Of a stretch of 64,000 nt of DNA, positions 24,893 through 36,561 are shown in pieces. How positions within the stretch are numbered: the stretch's first letter is position 1; every line of letters starts with the position of its first letter. A program made the translations under genes and the position numbers. Source of the DNA: Strigamia acuminata (Eukaryota); NCBI GenBank assembly GCA_949358305.1, contig OX442314.1:18600001-18664000 (forward strand), written 5' to 3'. Under the pieces are notes generated by a model. That model was not told the DNA's origin and did not search any database. It saw nothing but the letters and a program-made list of their open reading frames with translations.

Positions 24893-26756
24893 ATGAGATT
24901 CATTCAGTTGAACAGAAATGTGGGGAAGTCCCCGTACAATACTATTTTGGAATTTCGTTGCGAGCCTAATTTCGTTCTCAACCGATCGGAATTATTTGAT
25001 TTAATGATAAAAGAGCAGGTAAATTGGAACGATAAACTTTTCACTTATTGGCACCTAGAAACTAATGTCTTTTGCGTTAGGGAATGGCGTTTTGGTTCAG
25101 ATTTTGGTTAACATTTTGCTTTCATCCTGGCTGTCAAGATCTAATAGCGGTACTCATCTTAGAACTTTTACTCATTACGATTTATATCCGAATCAAATTT
25201 TACTTTACAGATTCAAGAACTATGGCCAGAAGTGCTCAGCTTTGTCAAAATGGGAATTCACAGACGTTTCTTACAAGGTGTATATTTTCTATACACTTTT
25301 TGGATGTCCTGTGACAAATTATAAAAAAAAATCATTGTAGATTCTCACGAAAACGTTTGCAAATATTGTTTGAATGAAGTAATTCGTCCAATGCTTTTAA
25401 TTTCGCCAGGTAATCCTACATAATGTCGTTTCCCTTTTCAAATATGTGCAATTCTTTGCAGAGAAGAATTCATTTTTTAAAAAGAAACGAGCTGAAGAGT
25501 GTACTGCAGATCAGGTATTATATTTTAAGTTTATTTTATCTGAGATTTTGGAATATTACGTCTAAAGTATGAATGCCCATAATATTCATCCAGGACATTC
25601 ATTATTGTGTTCATTAAACTGTACTTGTAAAATTGCACTTTGTTATAGTTACACGAATTAGTCTCGAAATGTTCGGCAATGGCGTTTGGTACTGCTCTTT
25701 GTGAAGTGTTCTTTAAGTGGTTAGTAGCTAATTATGTCGACGACAACTGCCAATGCTACTGGACAATCCCAGCGGATTATTTAGATTCAAAATTCAAGCC
25801 TCGTTTGTTAGAGGAATTTCTAGTAATCCAGTGGAAAGGAAATTTGTGTGCACTTTTAGGTGTAACCCAAGATCAGGTTCCGTGGGTTACAAAACTAATG
25901 AATGGAAATAAGGATCAAATATTTGGTGACGAAGAAGACAAAAATGCATATAAATATGATTCTGCAAAATTTCTTCAAGAGGTGGTTGAATTTATCCATA
26001 ATAAAAACAGAAACAGAAGAAATATGCCAGCTAATAATAATGGAGATGGAATAGCAAATTCAGAAAATACCCAAATAGTCGGAAAAATGGTAAATTTCTA
26101 AAAAAATAACAAAGTATTCAGTGTTTGGACTCAATTAATGTCGTTTCTGAAGTTGGATTTAAAACCAGCTAACTCAAATAACGTAGAAAACAAAAAGTAT
26201 CGTCAGTGTTCTTACTGTAGAGCGTACGAAGAAGGACCACGAAAGTTCAAAAAATGTAAACGGTAAATTACACTTTTCAAGCTTAACTAGGAGTACCGAC
26301 ATTAACCTCAATTAATTAGGTGTGTCGATGAAGAATGGAAAGAAACAAGATATTATTGCGACGCTGTATGTCAAAGTAAGTTTCGTGAATCTACTCAAAA
26401 CTATTCTTCAACGACCGGGTAAAAATAAACAATTGCCGGCCCGGTTTATGGACACAGAGTAGGAGCATTCATAAAGTAATTTAGACTTTGCAGCATTTTA
26501 AACAACATAATCAAAATGCTTTTAAACTGCTTGTCTCGATCTAACTTCAAAAATAATCATGAATTAGTCGTTTCCAGTCGCAATGTGCATGCACACAATA
26601 TTTAAACGTGACTCTATGAATGCGCCTAATGTTTTCCTGCGATTAATTTTAGTTTTCTCATTTTTCTGTGCAGTTGATGACTGGTATCAAGTACATCATG
26701 AAGAACATACTCGGTACAAAGAACACAATCTGGTGAAAACTAGGAATAATCGGTAA
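24893..26756 (+). CDS. Unknown-family MYND-like zinc-finger protein, paralogue 7
   Basis: MRFIQLNR..RCEPNFVLNR; GMAFWFRFWLTFC; core exon ~25649-26089; finger CSYC..CKRC..YYCDAVC..DWYQVHHEEH; stop 26754-26756. Confidence 0.9.
26461..26627. mobile_element. PIF/Harbinger (Tourist-like) MITE; related copy at ~44551-44700
   Basis: TIR agg(a/c)gcattcata ... tatgaatgcgcct; internal tttaaactgcttgtc..aacttcaaaaat..gcatgc(a/g)cac..atatttaaac is shared with the 44.6-kb copy. Confidence 0.7.
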
Positions 26757-27102
26757 AAAACATAGATTTACTTTTTAAATAATTTAAACTCGTTAAATAT
26801 TCATTACAGTGCTAAAACTGTGTAACATCTGTTATAACGTTAGAATTTATTTATCTTCTTTACTGTGCCAAAAATTTGACCCTGCAAAAACAAAGTGTAC
26901 TTATAAGCGATTAGTGAATTTTGATAAAACAATAAAAAGAGAAAATTAAACAAATAAAATAAAGTTTGAAGTTCATTCTTATTTGTTAGCATATTAGCAA
27001 CAATAATAACAAACAGCCCACATCATTCTAAACGTCTGTCTGTACAGTAACCAAAATTATCGTGTAGAATTACATATTATCCCAATTCCTAACTAATTCA
27101 CC

Positions 27103-28627
27103 ATGAGGTTTGTTCCATTAAAAATTGACAAAGGGAAAACTCCCTGCGATTCAATATTGCAATTAGGTTGTGGTCCTAATTACGTACTAAATCGACTCAA
27201 ACTGTTTGTATCGATGATAAAAGAACAGGTCTGTATTTGTCAATCAAATTTATAGCAATGTTAAAGAACATTTTTTTATAGGGCGAGGTATTTTGGTTCA
27301 GATTCTGGTTAAATTTTTGTTTCTTTCCCGGTTGTTTTGATCTGACTGCGGTATTCTCACAATTAGACATTTATTATTTGTAATTTGCAACGTAGCACAC
27401 TATGCTATAGATACACAACCAATGGCCAACTGTAACGAGTGCTGTCTACATAAATATGCACAAACAATTCTTAGAGGGTAAAAATTGTTCAATTTGATCG
27501 ATTTGATTTATTCATTAATTTCTTTCTAAGGTTCTGTTGATGAATCTATTCAATATTGTTTGGATGCAATACATTTTTTGCGCCAAGAAGTTGTTTCACC
27601 GAATAAAACAAGTGGGTAAGTTGTAAAGAATTGGTAATTTTTATCGAAATAAAATTCTTTGCAGAGAAAAGATCTTCAAAAAAACAACACTCGAGACAGC
27701 ACGAGGAAAATAAAGTTTAGTTTCGCTAAATATCGCCAATGAACTAATAAGTAATCTTCAAATTTTTATGTTTAGTTTCAAATATTGTTCGAAAAGTCTT
27801 CGAAAATTGCGTTTGGTGCGGCTCTTTGTGTTGTATTTCATGCATGGTTAAATGCTGGTTCGATTAAGAATAATATGGTTTATTGGACCCTCCCAAAAGA
27901 ATATTTACAACCGAATTTCAATCCGGGACCTTTAGAGAATTATTTAGTTGACAAATGGAAAACTAAATTGTATTTCCTTTTAAACGCTGAGGAACACAAG
28001 CTGCCGTGGATACAGGACCGATTGGATAACGACCCGCAACGTCCGAATGATAATGAGCAAGCTGACCGCAAAATAGATAATGAACTCGACCAGTGTGTTC
28101 CACAAATTTCAGAATTTATGACCATGAGAGGAGAGCAAAGAAGAAAGGCTATAAAATATGCTGATGAGAAGCCAAATAACTTGAATTTGAATGACAATAA
28201 AATGGTAAAAAGATTTTACAATGTTAAACCAAAGTATTCCAATTATTGATCTACAGTGTAGGATGCGTAAAACAAAATCAAATGTAAAGAAACCCCTGAA
28301 ATCTGAGGGGTATTTTGTTGGGAATTTTTGCCGTTGCAGCGGCATCCATCCAATTAACGCGTTTACACGGTAAGATTGAGCATGATACAGCGGTAATACG
28401 TATTAATATGTTTAATATGTATTAATATGTTTTAGTGAGAAATGGCAACAAACTAAAGTTTTCTGTAGCCCTTCTTCTATCAGTAAGATTTTAAATCCTC
28501 CCGACTCTCACTAATCTCTCACTTATTAATATCATTCTATGCAGGTAATCACTGGTTCAAACAGAATTTCAATAAGAAGATAGAAGAGAGTGACTCTAAT
28601 TCAACAATTGTTCCACGACTGTGGTAA
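27103..28627 (+). CDS. Unknown-family protein, paralogue 8; zinc finger degenerate
   Basis: MRFVPLK..GCGPNYVLNR; GEVFWFRFWLNFC; core intact. Terminal exons keep their phase but read FCRCSG..AFTREKWQQTKVFCSPSSISNHWFKQNF, with most ligands lost; stop 28625-28627. Confidence 0.85.
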
Positions 28628-29182
28628 TTTATGGCAAGTCCTTGTTTACAGACATTAAAATTTTGTCGAAATATTTACAAATACTATAAAATTTTGTGTG
28701 AATAAAATAAAAATTATTGTTTTAAAACGTAATAAGAATTTATTATGTTTATCAAGTTAAACATGTAGTGCACAAGTATGCACCAAGCAGATAAGGCAAA
28801 CAGAAATACATCAATTCAAAATAAATTAGCCGGTATAAACAAATTATCATGCATCTAACGCTAACCTATTGACCACTTAGTTGTTAGCAAATTTAAATAA
28901 CTAAATTTCTGATTGAATAAAATTGAAATAAACCCAATTAATTTAATTTAATGATTGTTGGGTTCGGAACAGCAGTCAAACGATGACTAGCGAACCAGGT
29001 AAAGCCAGGCAACGTTTAGTTTAAAAAAATAGTTTCGAATGATGCCGCTAAACTAAACATTATTCATCGGTGAGTGATGGGTAAAATAATTGCCATTGTA
29101 TCATCTATGTAAAAATTAACAAGCAAAATTTCAAGAAATCAGTTCTGTTTCATAATTCTGCACAAAACAATTTGCTAAGAAA

Positions 29183-30763
29183 ATGAGGCTAGTACAGTTG
29201 AAGAAAAAAAAAGGGACTAATACTTTTGATTCAATACTAAGTCTGGGTTGTGGTCCAAATTTTGTTCTGAATCGTTTAGAACTATTTGAAGCCATGTTAG
29301 CTGAACAGGTGAGAGTATTACATTTATTGCAAACAAATAAATTAAAAATATACAAGAGTAATTTTTCTCGTTGATAATTAGGGGTTAACATTTTGGTTTC
29401 GATTTTGGTTAACCTTTTGCTTTCAACCGGGTTGCGAAGACTTAATGGCGGTACTACAATTTCATTACAACTTCATTAAAACGTTTGTCAATATTCATTT
29501 TCCAATAGATCCAAAAGCAATGGCCTGAAATGATGATTCAAGTAAATACAGCTCTACACAGGCTTTTTATACAAAGTTACACATGGATTAAACTTCAAAT
29601 CATAGATTGGTTTTCATTTAAAGTGATTTTATTCATAGCTCCACCTCAAGATGTGTTTCAGTACTGTATAGACATTATTAAGTTGATTGGCTTGACACCA
29701 ACACCAGTTATCAAATTACCACTATTAAAGAAAACAAGATCCAGTCATAAGAAGTTGGGTTACAAAAAACCATCGAAATACTCTTTTCCACAAGCAGTTA
29801 AGTGACAGGACTATTAGTTTACAAACTAAACTTTTTACGAAAATAATAAATTAAATCTTTATTTCATTCAGTTGCAGCAAATATTCATTAAATGCACTGA
29901 AATGGCATTTGCTTGTGCCTTGTGTAACTTATTCTACGAATGGTTGGGTGCTAAAAATGTGGACGATAACACGCATGCCTATTGGGCTATTCCAAAAAGC
30001 TACTTGGATCTTAATTTTAAACCGGGAACTTTGGAACTGTTTCTAGTTAATGAGTGGAAGGATCAGTTATTACCGCTTCTCGGTGTTGCTCAGTATGAAG
30101 TACCTTGGATAAGAAAATCGATGACAAGGGATATAGATCATATCCGAATTCCTAGTACTCATAGTAAGATTAACAAGTTTGAAGATCTTAAACAGATTGC
30201 AATGTTGCTGAGCATTAAAAGAAACGAGAGAAGAAAGGCTATTCAAAACGTCGATGAAAACCTGAATAGAAGTGACACTGAGGAAGTGAGTGTGAGTAAG
30301 AATTCTTATCAGCACTGAGAGAAAGGTAATTCAATTTACATTTACAGGTTGTGAAACCTCACTGCTGTTGTAATGCCAAAGCAGAAGATAATGAAACACC
30401 AACAGAAAATAAACCGTAAGCTTCTTGCACAGAAAAAAGTGTAAAGTTGTATCTTTGTCATTTCCCTACTTCGATGTGTCTAAATTAGTCTCCGCCGATG
30501 GAAACCTATTTTAGTGTACACTTAATATTCTATTATGTATTTCTAGATGCGCAGATCAGGAATTACCTATAAAAGTCAGTAGAAGCAAATTTCTAAACAG
30601 TAAGAATAACAAAATTGATTTATTTTCTTCAAATGTGTAAGTTACAAACGATACTTTTCGCTCAGTTGACAGATGGTTTCCAAACTATCGGAAAAAAGAT
30701 GTTAAACCTCGTCCTAGATATCTCAACCGGTCACCTCGATCTGCTTCTTACATAAAAGTTTAA
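29183..30763 (+). CDS. Unknown-family protein, paralogue 9; zinc finger degenerate
   Basis: MRLVQLKK..GCGPNFVLNR; GLTFWFRFWLTFC; core exon from 29872. Terminal exons HCCCNAK..KPCADQE..DRWFPNYRKK lack the ligand pattern; stop 30761-30763. Confidence 0.85.
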
Positions 30764-31054
30764 ATTGCAAAAAAAAATTGTTTTTACATATAATAGTTTC
30801 TGTTAACTTCAATCTAATATTTTTAACTTCAAAATTTGTTTTTAAAAAAATTGTGCAAATATTAAACACTTTGTAGATCTTTTGATTTAGTAAACATATC
30901 GTAAGTCAGTTTTTAAATAATTTTCTTTATTTTTTAACAATAGAGGGCATCAATATTATTATCACGGGTAGTGATAGAAAGGAAAACAGTTTGTATAAGG
31001 CTTAAATTATTCAAAATTTAAGTGTGAGTTCAATAGTTTCAAATCAGTAGCATC

Positions 31055-33268
31055 ATGAGGCTTGTTCATTTGAGTAGAAGTAAAGATTTCAGTCCGTTTG
31101 ACGTGATATTAAGAAACGGCTGTGGACCTCATTTTGTTCTCAACCGCTTGGAACTGTTTGAATCGATGATCAAAGATCAGGTTTTGTTTGATTGGTTTAA
31201 CCAATTCTAAGTTTTAGTGTTCATTTTTTTTATTTACTATGAATTAATCGTAGGGCGTAACATTTTGGTTTAGATTTTGGTTAGACTTTTGTTACTATCC
31301 TGGTTGTGAAGACTTGGCAACTGTAAGTTCACGACATGTTTTTCTTTTAGACATATCTAGTGTTTATCTTTCTTCTAGATTAATAATGAATGGCCGGAAA
31401 TGAGAGATTATGTAAACACTGGTGTTCATACATTGTTTGTAAAAGGTGATATTTAAATTAGTTATTTTTACTAGCCGTTTAAACTGAATTTATTTTTTGC
31501 AGGATCACTTGAAGAAGCTTGTCAATACAGCTTAAACGTTATTAAGCTTATGCGTTTTAATTTGCCAGGTAAATTGATATTTAGATTTTGACATTTATGT
31601 CCAAACTCGTTATAAAAAGAGAAGAAAATTTTGTTATGATAAATCGTATTGAACTACAATGTACTCCGCACGAACCGGACATAGCACCGTCCAGATAGCT
31701 GTGTGGTCCGTGCAAGTTTGCTGGACCCAACCTATTCCCAGCAATGTTAAATTCCCTCATCCATTCAGACAGCCTCTTTGTCCGGACAACTTTCTGGGAC
31801 CCATCCTGTGTCCGGCCCGTACAGAGTACACTGTATTTAATTTAAACCTTTTTCTTTTAATATTTAGACTTAAAGACATTATTGTCTGCAACTACAGTTT
31901 ACGTTTCAAAATCTGGAAGTGGAAAAAGCAAAAAGAAAAAAAAGGACGAAACTTTTTTTGACGTGGTGAATATTTTTTCGATGCGTGAAAAGGAAATTGT
32001 TCACTCCAAATGAAATTTTTTGCAGTTACAATCAACCTTTATTAAATGTACCGGAATGGCATTTGGTGCTAATCTTTGTGTTCTTTTCTACGAATGGCTG
32101 GCAGCTCACGACGCAAATGAAACCTCAGAATATTATTGGTGTGCACCAAAAAAGTATTTTGAACAGAACTTCCAGCCAGGAGAACTAGAAATTTTCCTCG
32201 CGAATGAATGGCGAGATAAACTGGTATGGCTGCTAGGAGTTAGTTACTACCAAGTTCCATGGCTAAGAAAATTATTGACTGGGAAATTAGAGTCCCGTTC
32301 TCAAGCCAAACTCCAACATTGTAGTAAAGTATACTGTATGAAAGATATTAAAAAAGTGGCAAAATTACTAAGTATCAAAAGAAATGAGAAGAGAGTGGCA
32401 ATACAAAGAGCAGATGAAATGTCCAATATTTATGAAAATAAAATTTCGATACCTGTAGTAAGTATTGCTCATTAAATTACATCATTAATTTTTTTTAATG
32501 TTGATTTCCAACGATAGAAGAAAGATCGAAAGAGAAAAACACGAAGTAGGTCTAGAGTTACGTCACAAGAGAATTGGGAGACAGTCAGAAGTGTTGGGTC
32601 TTCAACAAAACCAAGAAATAGGTCTAAAGTCACGTCACAGGAGAATTGGGAGACTGTCAGGAGTGTTGGGTCTTCAACAAAACCAAGAAATAGGTCTAAA
32701 GTCACGTCACAGGAGAATTTGGAGACTGTCAGGAGTGTTGGGACTTCAACAAAACCAAGAAATAGGTCTAAAGTCACGTCACAGGAGAATTTGGAGACTG
32801 TCAGGAGTGTTGGGTCTTCAACAAAACCAAGAAATAGGTCTAAAGTCACGTCACAGGAGAATTGGGTGACTGTCAGGAGTGGTGGGTCTTCATCTTCACA
32901 CAAACGCCCTAAGTGTGCCCATTGCTATAAATCGATTAAACGAAGACACAATGCAGTTGTATGCAAACGGTACTTTTTTTTTTAATCTTTAAATCATGAA
33001 TTGTTTAATGTTGTGGTGTTTGAAACAACTTAGATGTGTCGATGAAAGATGGACCCAACGAAGATGCTACTGCGACGGCTTTTGTAAAGGTATTTCAGTT
33101 TTCTTTTTTCAGTTGAAACGATTTTATTTTATGATATTTTTTTTTTAAATTCCAGTTCAACATTGGTATCGGGACCATCAAAAGGAACATTATGACATCA
33201 GAAAAAATTGTTCAGAAGAATCATTCACCAAAAGTTTGCCACTTTCTGTTACAAAAACGATCACTTAA
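31055..33268 (+). CDS. Unknown-family MYND-like zinc-finger protein, paralogue 10 (24-aa repeat linker)
   Basis: MRLVHLS..GCGPHFVLNR; GVTFWFRFWLDFC; core exon from ~32026; repeat-containing exon ~32518-32969; finger CAHC..CKRC..CYCDGFC..HWYRDHQKEH; stop 33266-33268. Confidence 0.88.
31657..31833. mobile_element. Tc1/mariner-type MITE in intron 4 of paralogue 10
   Basis: TA-caatgtactccgcacgaaccggaca ... tgtccggcccgtacagagtacactg-TA: imperfect TIRs with a TA TSD. Confidence 0.75.
32547..32893 (+). repeat. Coding 72-bp tandem repeat (~4.8 copies; RSKVTSQEN(W/L)ETVRSVGSSTKPRN)
   Basis: taggtcta recurs at 32547, 32619, 32691, 32763 and 32835; in frame within paralogue 10. Confidence 0.95.
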
Positions 33269-33371
33269 AAATCATTCACCAAAAGTTTGCCACTTTCTGT
33301 TACAAAAACGATCACTTAAAAATCATTCACCAAAAGTTTGCCACTTTCTGTTACAAAAACGATCACTTAAA
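33219..33371 (+). repeat. 51-bp perfect tandem triplication spanning the stop codon of paralogue 10
   Basis: aatcattcaccaaaagtttgccactttctgttacaaaaacgatcacttaaa occurs at 33219, 33270 and 33321. Confidence 0.95.
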
Positions 33372-33775
33372 ATGTACTTTAGTTTGTGCATTCTGTTTCT
33401 CTACTTTTGAATTTAAGTTTAAAAAATTATTCATAAAAATGAGTTTGTTTACAAAGTAACAAAGCAGTAAAAGATGGAATAAAAATACCACAAGAACCGT
33501 AAATGTAAACACACAATAAAAATAATAAAAATTGAATAAAATGAATATATGCTGATAATAAAATTGAAAATGAAAATATGCTGATAATAAAGTTTGTTTG
33601 TTTTTTTTTAAATGATAAATATTCAACAACTAACCGTACATACGGTAGTGCAATTATTAACTTGGAAACGACAATTAATAACAATTCATTGCCACACAAC
33701 ACATCCTTGACAACACTAACAAAATTTGACAGAAGTATAAAATATCTTTAAAAATTAGTGCGAATTTATTCAAAT

Positions 33776-35352
33776 ATGAAGCTTATCAAGTTGGGTTCAG
33801 AGAGAACAAAATCAGCATTTAATACAATACTGGATCTTGGTTGTGGTCCGAATTTTCTTTTAAATCGCGTAGAACTTTTTGAAACAATGATAAAAGAGCA
33901 GGTAAGAATGGATAAAATCTATATGTAAATGCCAATTATAATTATATCCACGTTTTAGGGCATTACTTTCTGGTTCAGGTTTTGGCTTTCATTCTGTTTA
34001 GACCCAGGCTGCGACGATCTAAGTGCCGTACAAAGACAATGGCCAGAAATGTCAGCTTACGTCAACAGAGGCGTACACAAATTGTTCTTATCGGGTTCAC
34101 ATGAAAAGACATGTCAGTACTGTTTGGATATAATCAAACTGCTCGGTATATCCTCACCAAACAACAAACCAAGCCATGTGCTCGTGAAGAAAGCAATTCG
34201 CAAGAAAAAACAAAGAAATGTCGCGGTTAAAGTTGTGGTTGGTTATTGAGTATTCACCATGTAAATAATAATTTTAAAAATAATAATTTAATTAGTTGCA
34301 GGAACTTCTCATTAAATGTTTTCAGATGGCATATTCCTGTACTCTGTGTGTGTTATTTTACGAATGGCTTGGAGTTGGTGCCACGCTTTTTGATGAGAAT
34401 AATAGCAACGGCGTTACTTACTGGACTGTACCCAAGAGATATTTGGATCCTGATTTCAAACCCGGGTCGTTAGAAGTATTTCTGGCCAATGAATGGGAAG
34501 ATAAACTAGCAACACTGCTTGGTGTGACGTATAATCAAGCTCCATGGTTGAAGAAACTAATCAATGAGCGTTCACAATTATTGCGTGAATTGCAAGATAA
34601 GCTTGAAATGGATACTAAACTATTTTCTCTGGATACTGTCACTAAAGTTGAAGTTTTATTAAGCATACGGAGGAATGAATGCAGAAAAGCCATCAAACAA
34701 AGTGACGAAACTCCAAATGGAATTCAGTTGAAAGTAAGCAATTTTAAACTTTTTATGTTCCGTGGTTAATTTATAACGATGGAAATTCTGAACGTCAATA
34801 TTTGCTTCAAACAAACAAAAATTTGTTTACGGAATTGCTTACGTTTGTGCATCGTAATAAATTAAACATCATTTTTATATTTTTCCTCCTAGAGTTCCGA
34901 AAAAGTCTGCCTATTGAAAAAGACATCTACTCACGTTAAACCAAAACTTGAAAAAGAAAAACATATAAAAGAAGCAATAATACCTGATGGTTGCGCTTGT
35001 GCGTTTTGTGGTAACGAAATAAACAGCAAAATAAAATATTCTAAGTGTAATAGGTATAAACTAAACATGTATATGTCTGATAAACTTGAAGTATTTACAA
35101 ATGCGTATTAACAGATGTTCAAATGAAAACTGGTTAGACCAAAGATATTATTGTAGCAATACTTGTAAAGGTGAGTGAAATTTATAACTTAATTTAATTA
35201 AAGTAATAGCTTTTTAATTATTATTCTTTTTTACAGTTGAACACTGGTTTCAAGAGCATCACAAAGAGCACTATGCGGTTAAAAAGAAAACGAAAAAAAG
35301 AAGTTATTCGCCAACCTCTTTTGTTCGTAGTTTATGTCCGACAAGAACTTAA
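33776..35352 (+). CDS. Unknown-family MYND-like zinc-finger protein, paralogue 11 (exons 2-5 fused)
   Basis: MKLIKLG..GCGPNFLLNR; one exon ~33959-34237 encodes GITFWFRFWLSFC..VQRQWPEM..HKLFLSGSHEKTCQYC..; finger CAFC..CNRC..YYCSNTC..HWFQEHHKEH; stop 35350-35352. Confidence 0.9.
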
Positions 35353-36561
35353 TAATAATAATAAAGTTGTGTTATAAAGGTTCTTTTGGTTAATCTTTTA
35401 CACGAATCAGGGATGGTTGAAAAATGGGAGAAATGAATCTCCCGCCTATTATTATTAGCATTTTATTTGCTTGTGCTTCTGGTATTCAGAAGTATCCTAA
35501 ACAAAATGATCGTGTTCATATCAAACTCAATGTGCCAAATATTTATTTCAATTCCCCTTATCAACCCCTCTAACACTATAATAACATTGGCAGGTGCGAT
35601 AAATTTGATAATACCAATAAATAAAATACAAATTTCTCTCTTGAAAAATAAAAATTTATCTTTAGTCCAGCAATCACTCTCTCATCTTATTCTTTCCATT
35701 AAAGCAAAAGCAGTTTTATCCGCCAAGGTTGGGACTAGAATTTTCCGGACAAAAATTGCAAACTCAATTTTTCTTTTTAATTTATTGTCACATTATCTCT
35801 TCTTTAGCTCGTTCTTATTCTTAAGATGCACTTGCAGTATTCGTGTTTCTCTGCTCGTTTCATATTTTTTGCTTACTGTGAAACTTCCACTTCTTATCTT
35901 TATTTTCAGTCTCCGTAATTCTAAAATGTAAACAAAAATGTAATAATATAGCAGGTGAAATTAAGACAATCACACAACCAATTTGGGTGCTCGCTAGAAT
36001 ACATACGGTTTGCTAGAGCTTTTTCTATGATAAAACAGCTTTTAGTGTAATGCTAAGAATACAGATAGCTTCTTGTTCTACTTCCGGTGCATTTGCTGAT
36101 AAGAACAATCAAGCGGTATAAAACAAACAGATAAAGTTTCATTTAAAAAAATACTCAATTACGCTGAGTATTTTATTTATACTATTGGATAATTTATAAT
36201 ACCCAACTTGTTTTTCACCGCGAACGCAGTATTGTAAACATTTTATGCGTCAAACAATATTCAAAATCAATTTTTAAATAAAATTGTACGGAGTATATAT
36301 TTAAGCGATAACTTTTAATCACAAGAGAAATGTTTTTTAATTTGCATGGTCTTTTTTTCCCTTCTTGTGCGCGCTTTTAGAAAACAAAACTGAAATTGAC
36401 CTTGCTAACTGAATTTAGTTATCTTGGAGCAATGTCCACTGAAAGTGACACTTGATCATGTGAACCAAACAATTTTTGCTTTCAGATAAGCACAAATTCC
36501 ACTACACAGTAATCTTCATTTTCAGACATTCAGATCAGTTTCACTCAAGCGCCGATCAAAA

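Noticed and set aside
32472..32903. Minus-strand repetitive ORF (FSCDVTLDLFLGFVEDPTLLTV) and the alternate + frame ORF 32498-32869
   Set aside because: These are shadows of the 72-bp coding repeat. Only the frame leading into CAHC..CKR fits the gene model.
33192..33459. ORFs with 17-aa repeats
   Set aside because: They come from the 51-bp triplication read off-frame; the spliced gene frame stops at 33268.
35467..35931. 154-aa hydrophobic ORF
   Set aside because: Non-ATG start, low-complexity AT-rich composition and no recognisable motif; the antisense frame has stops.
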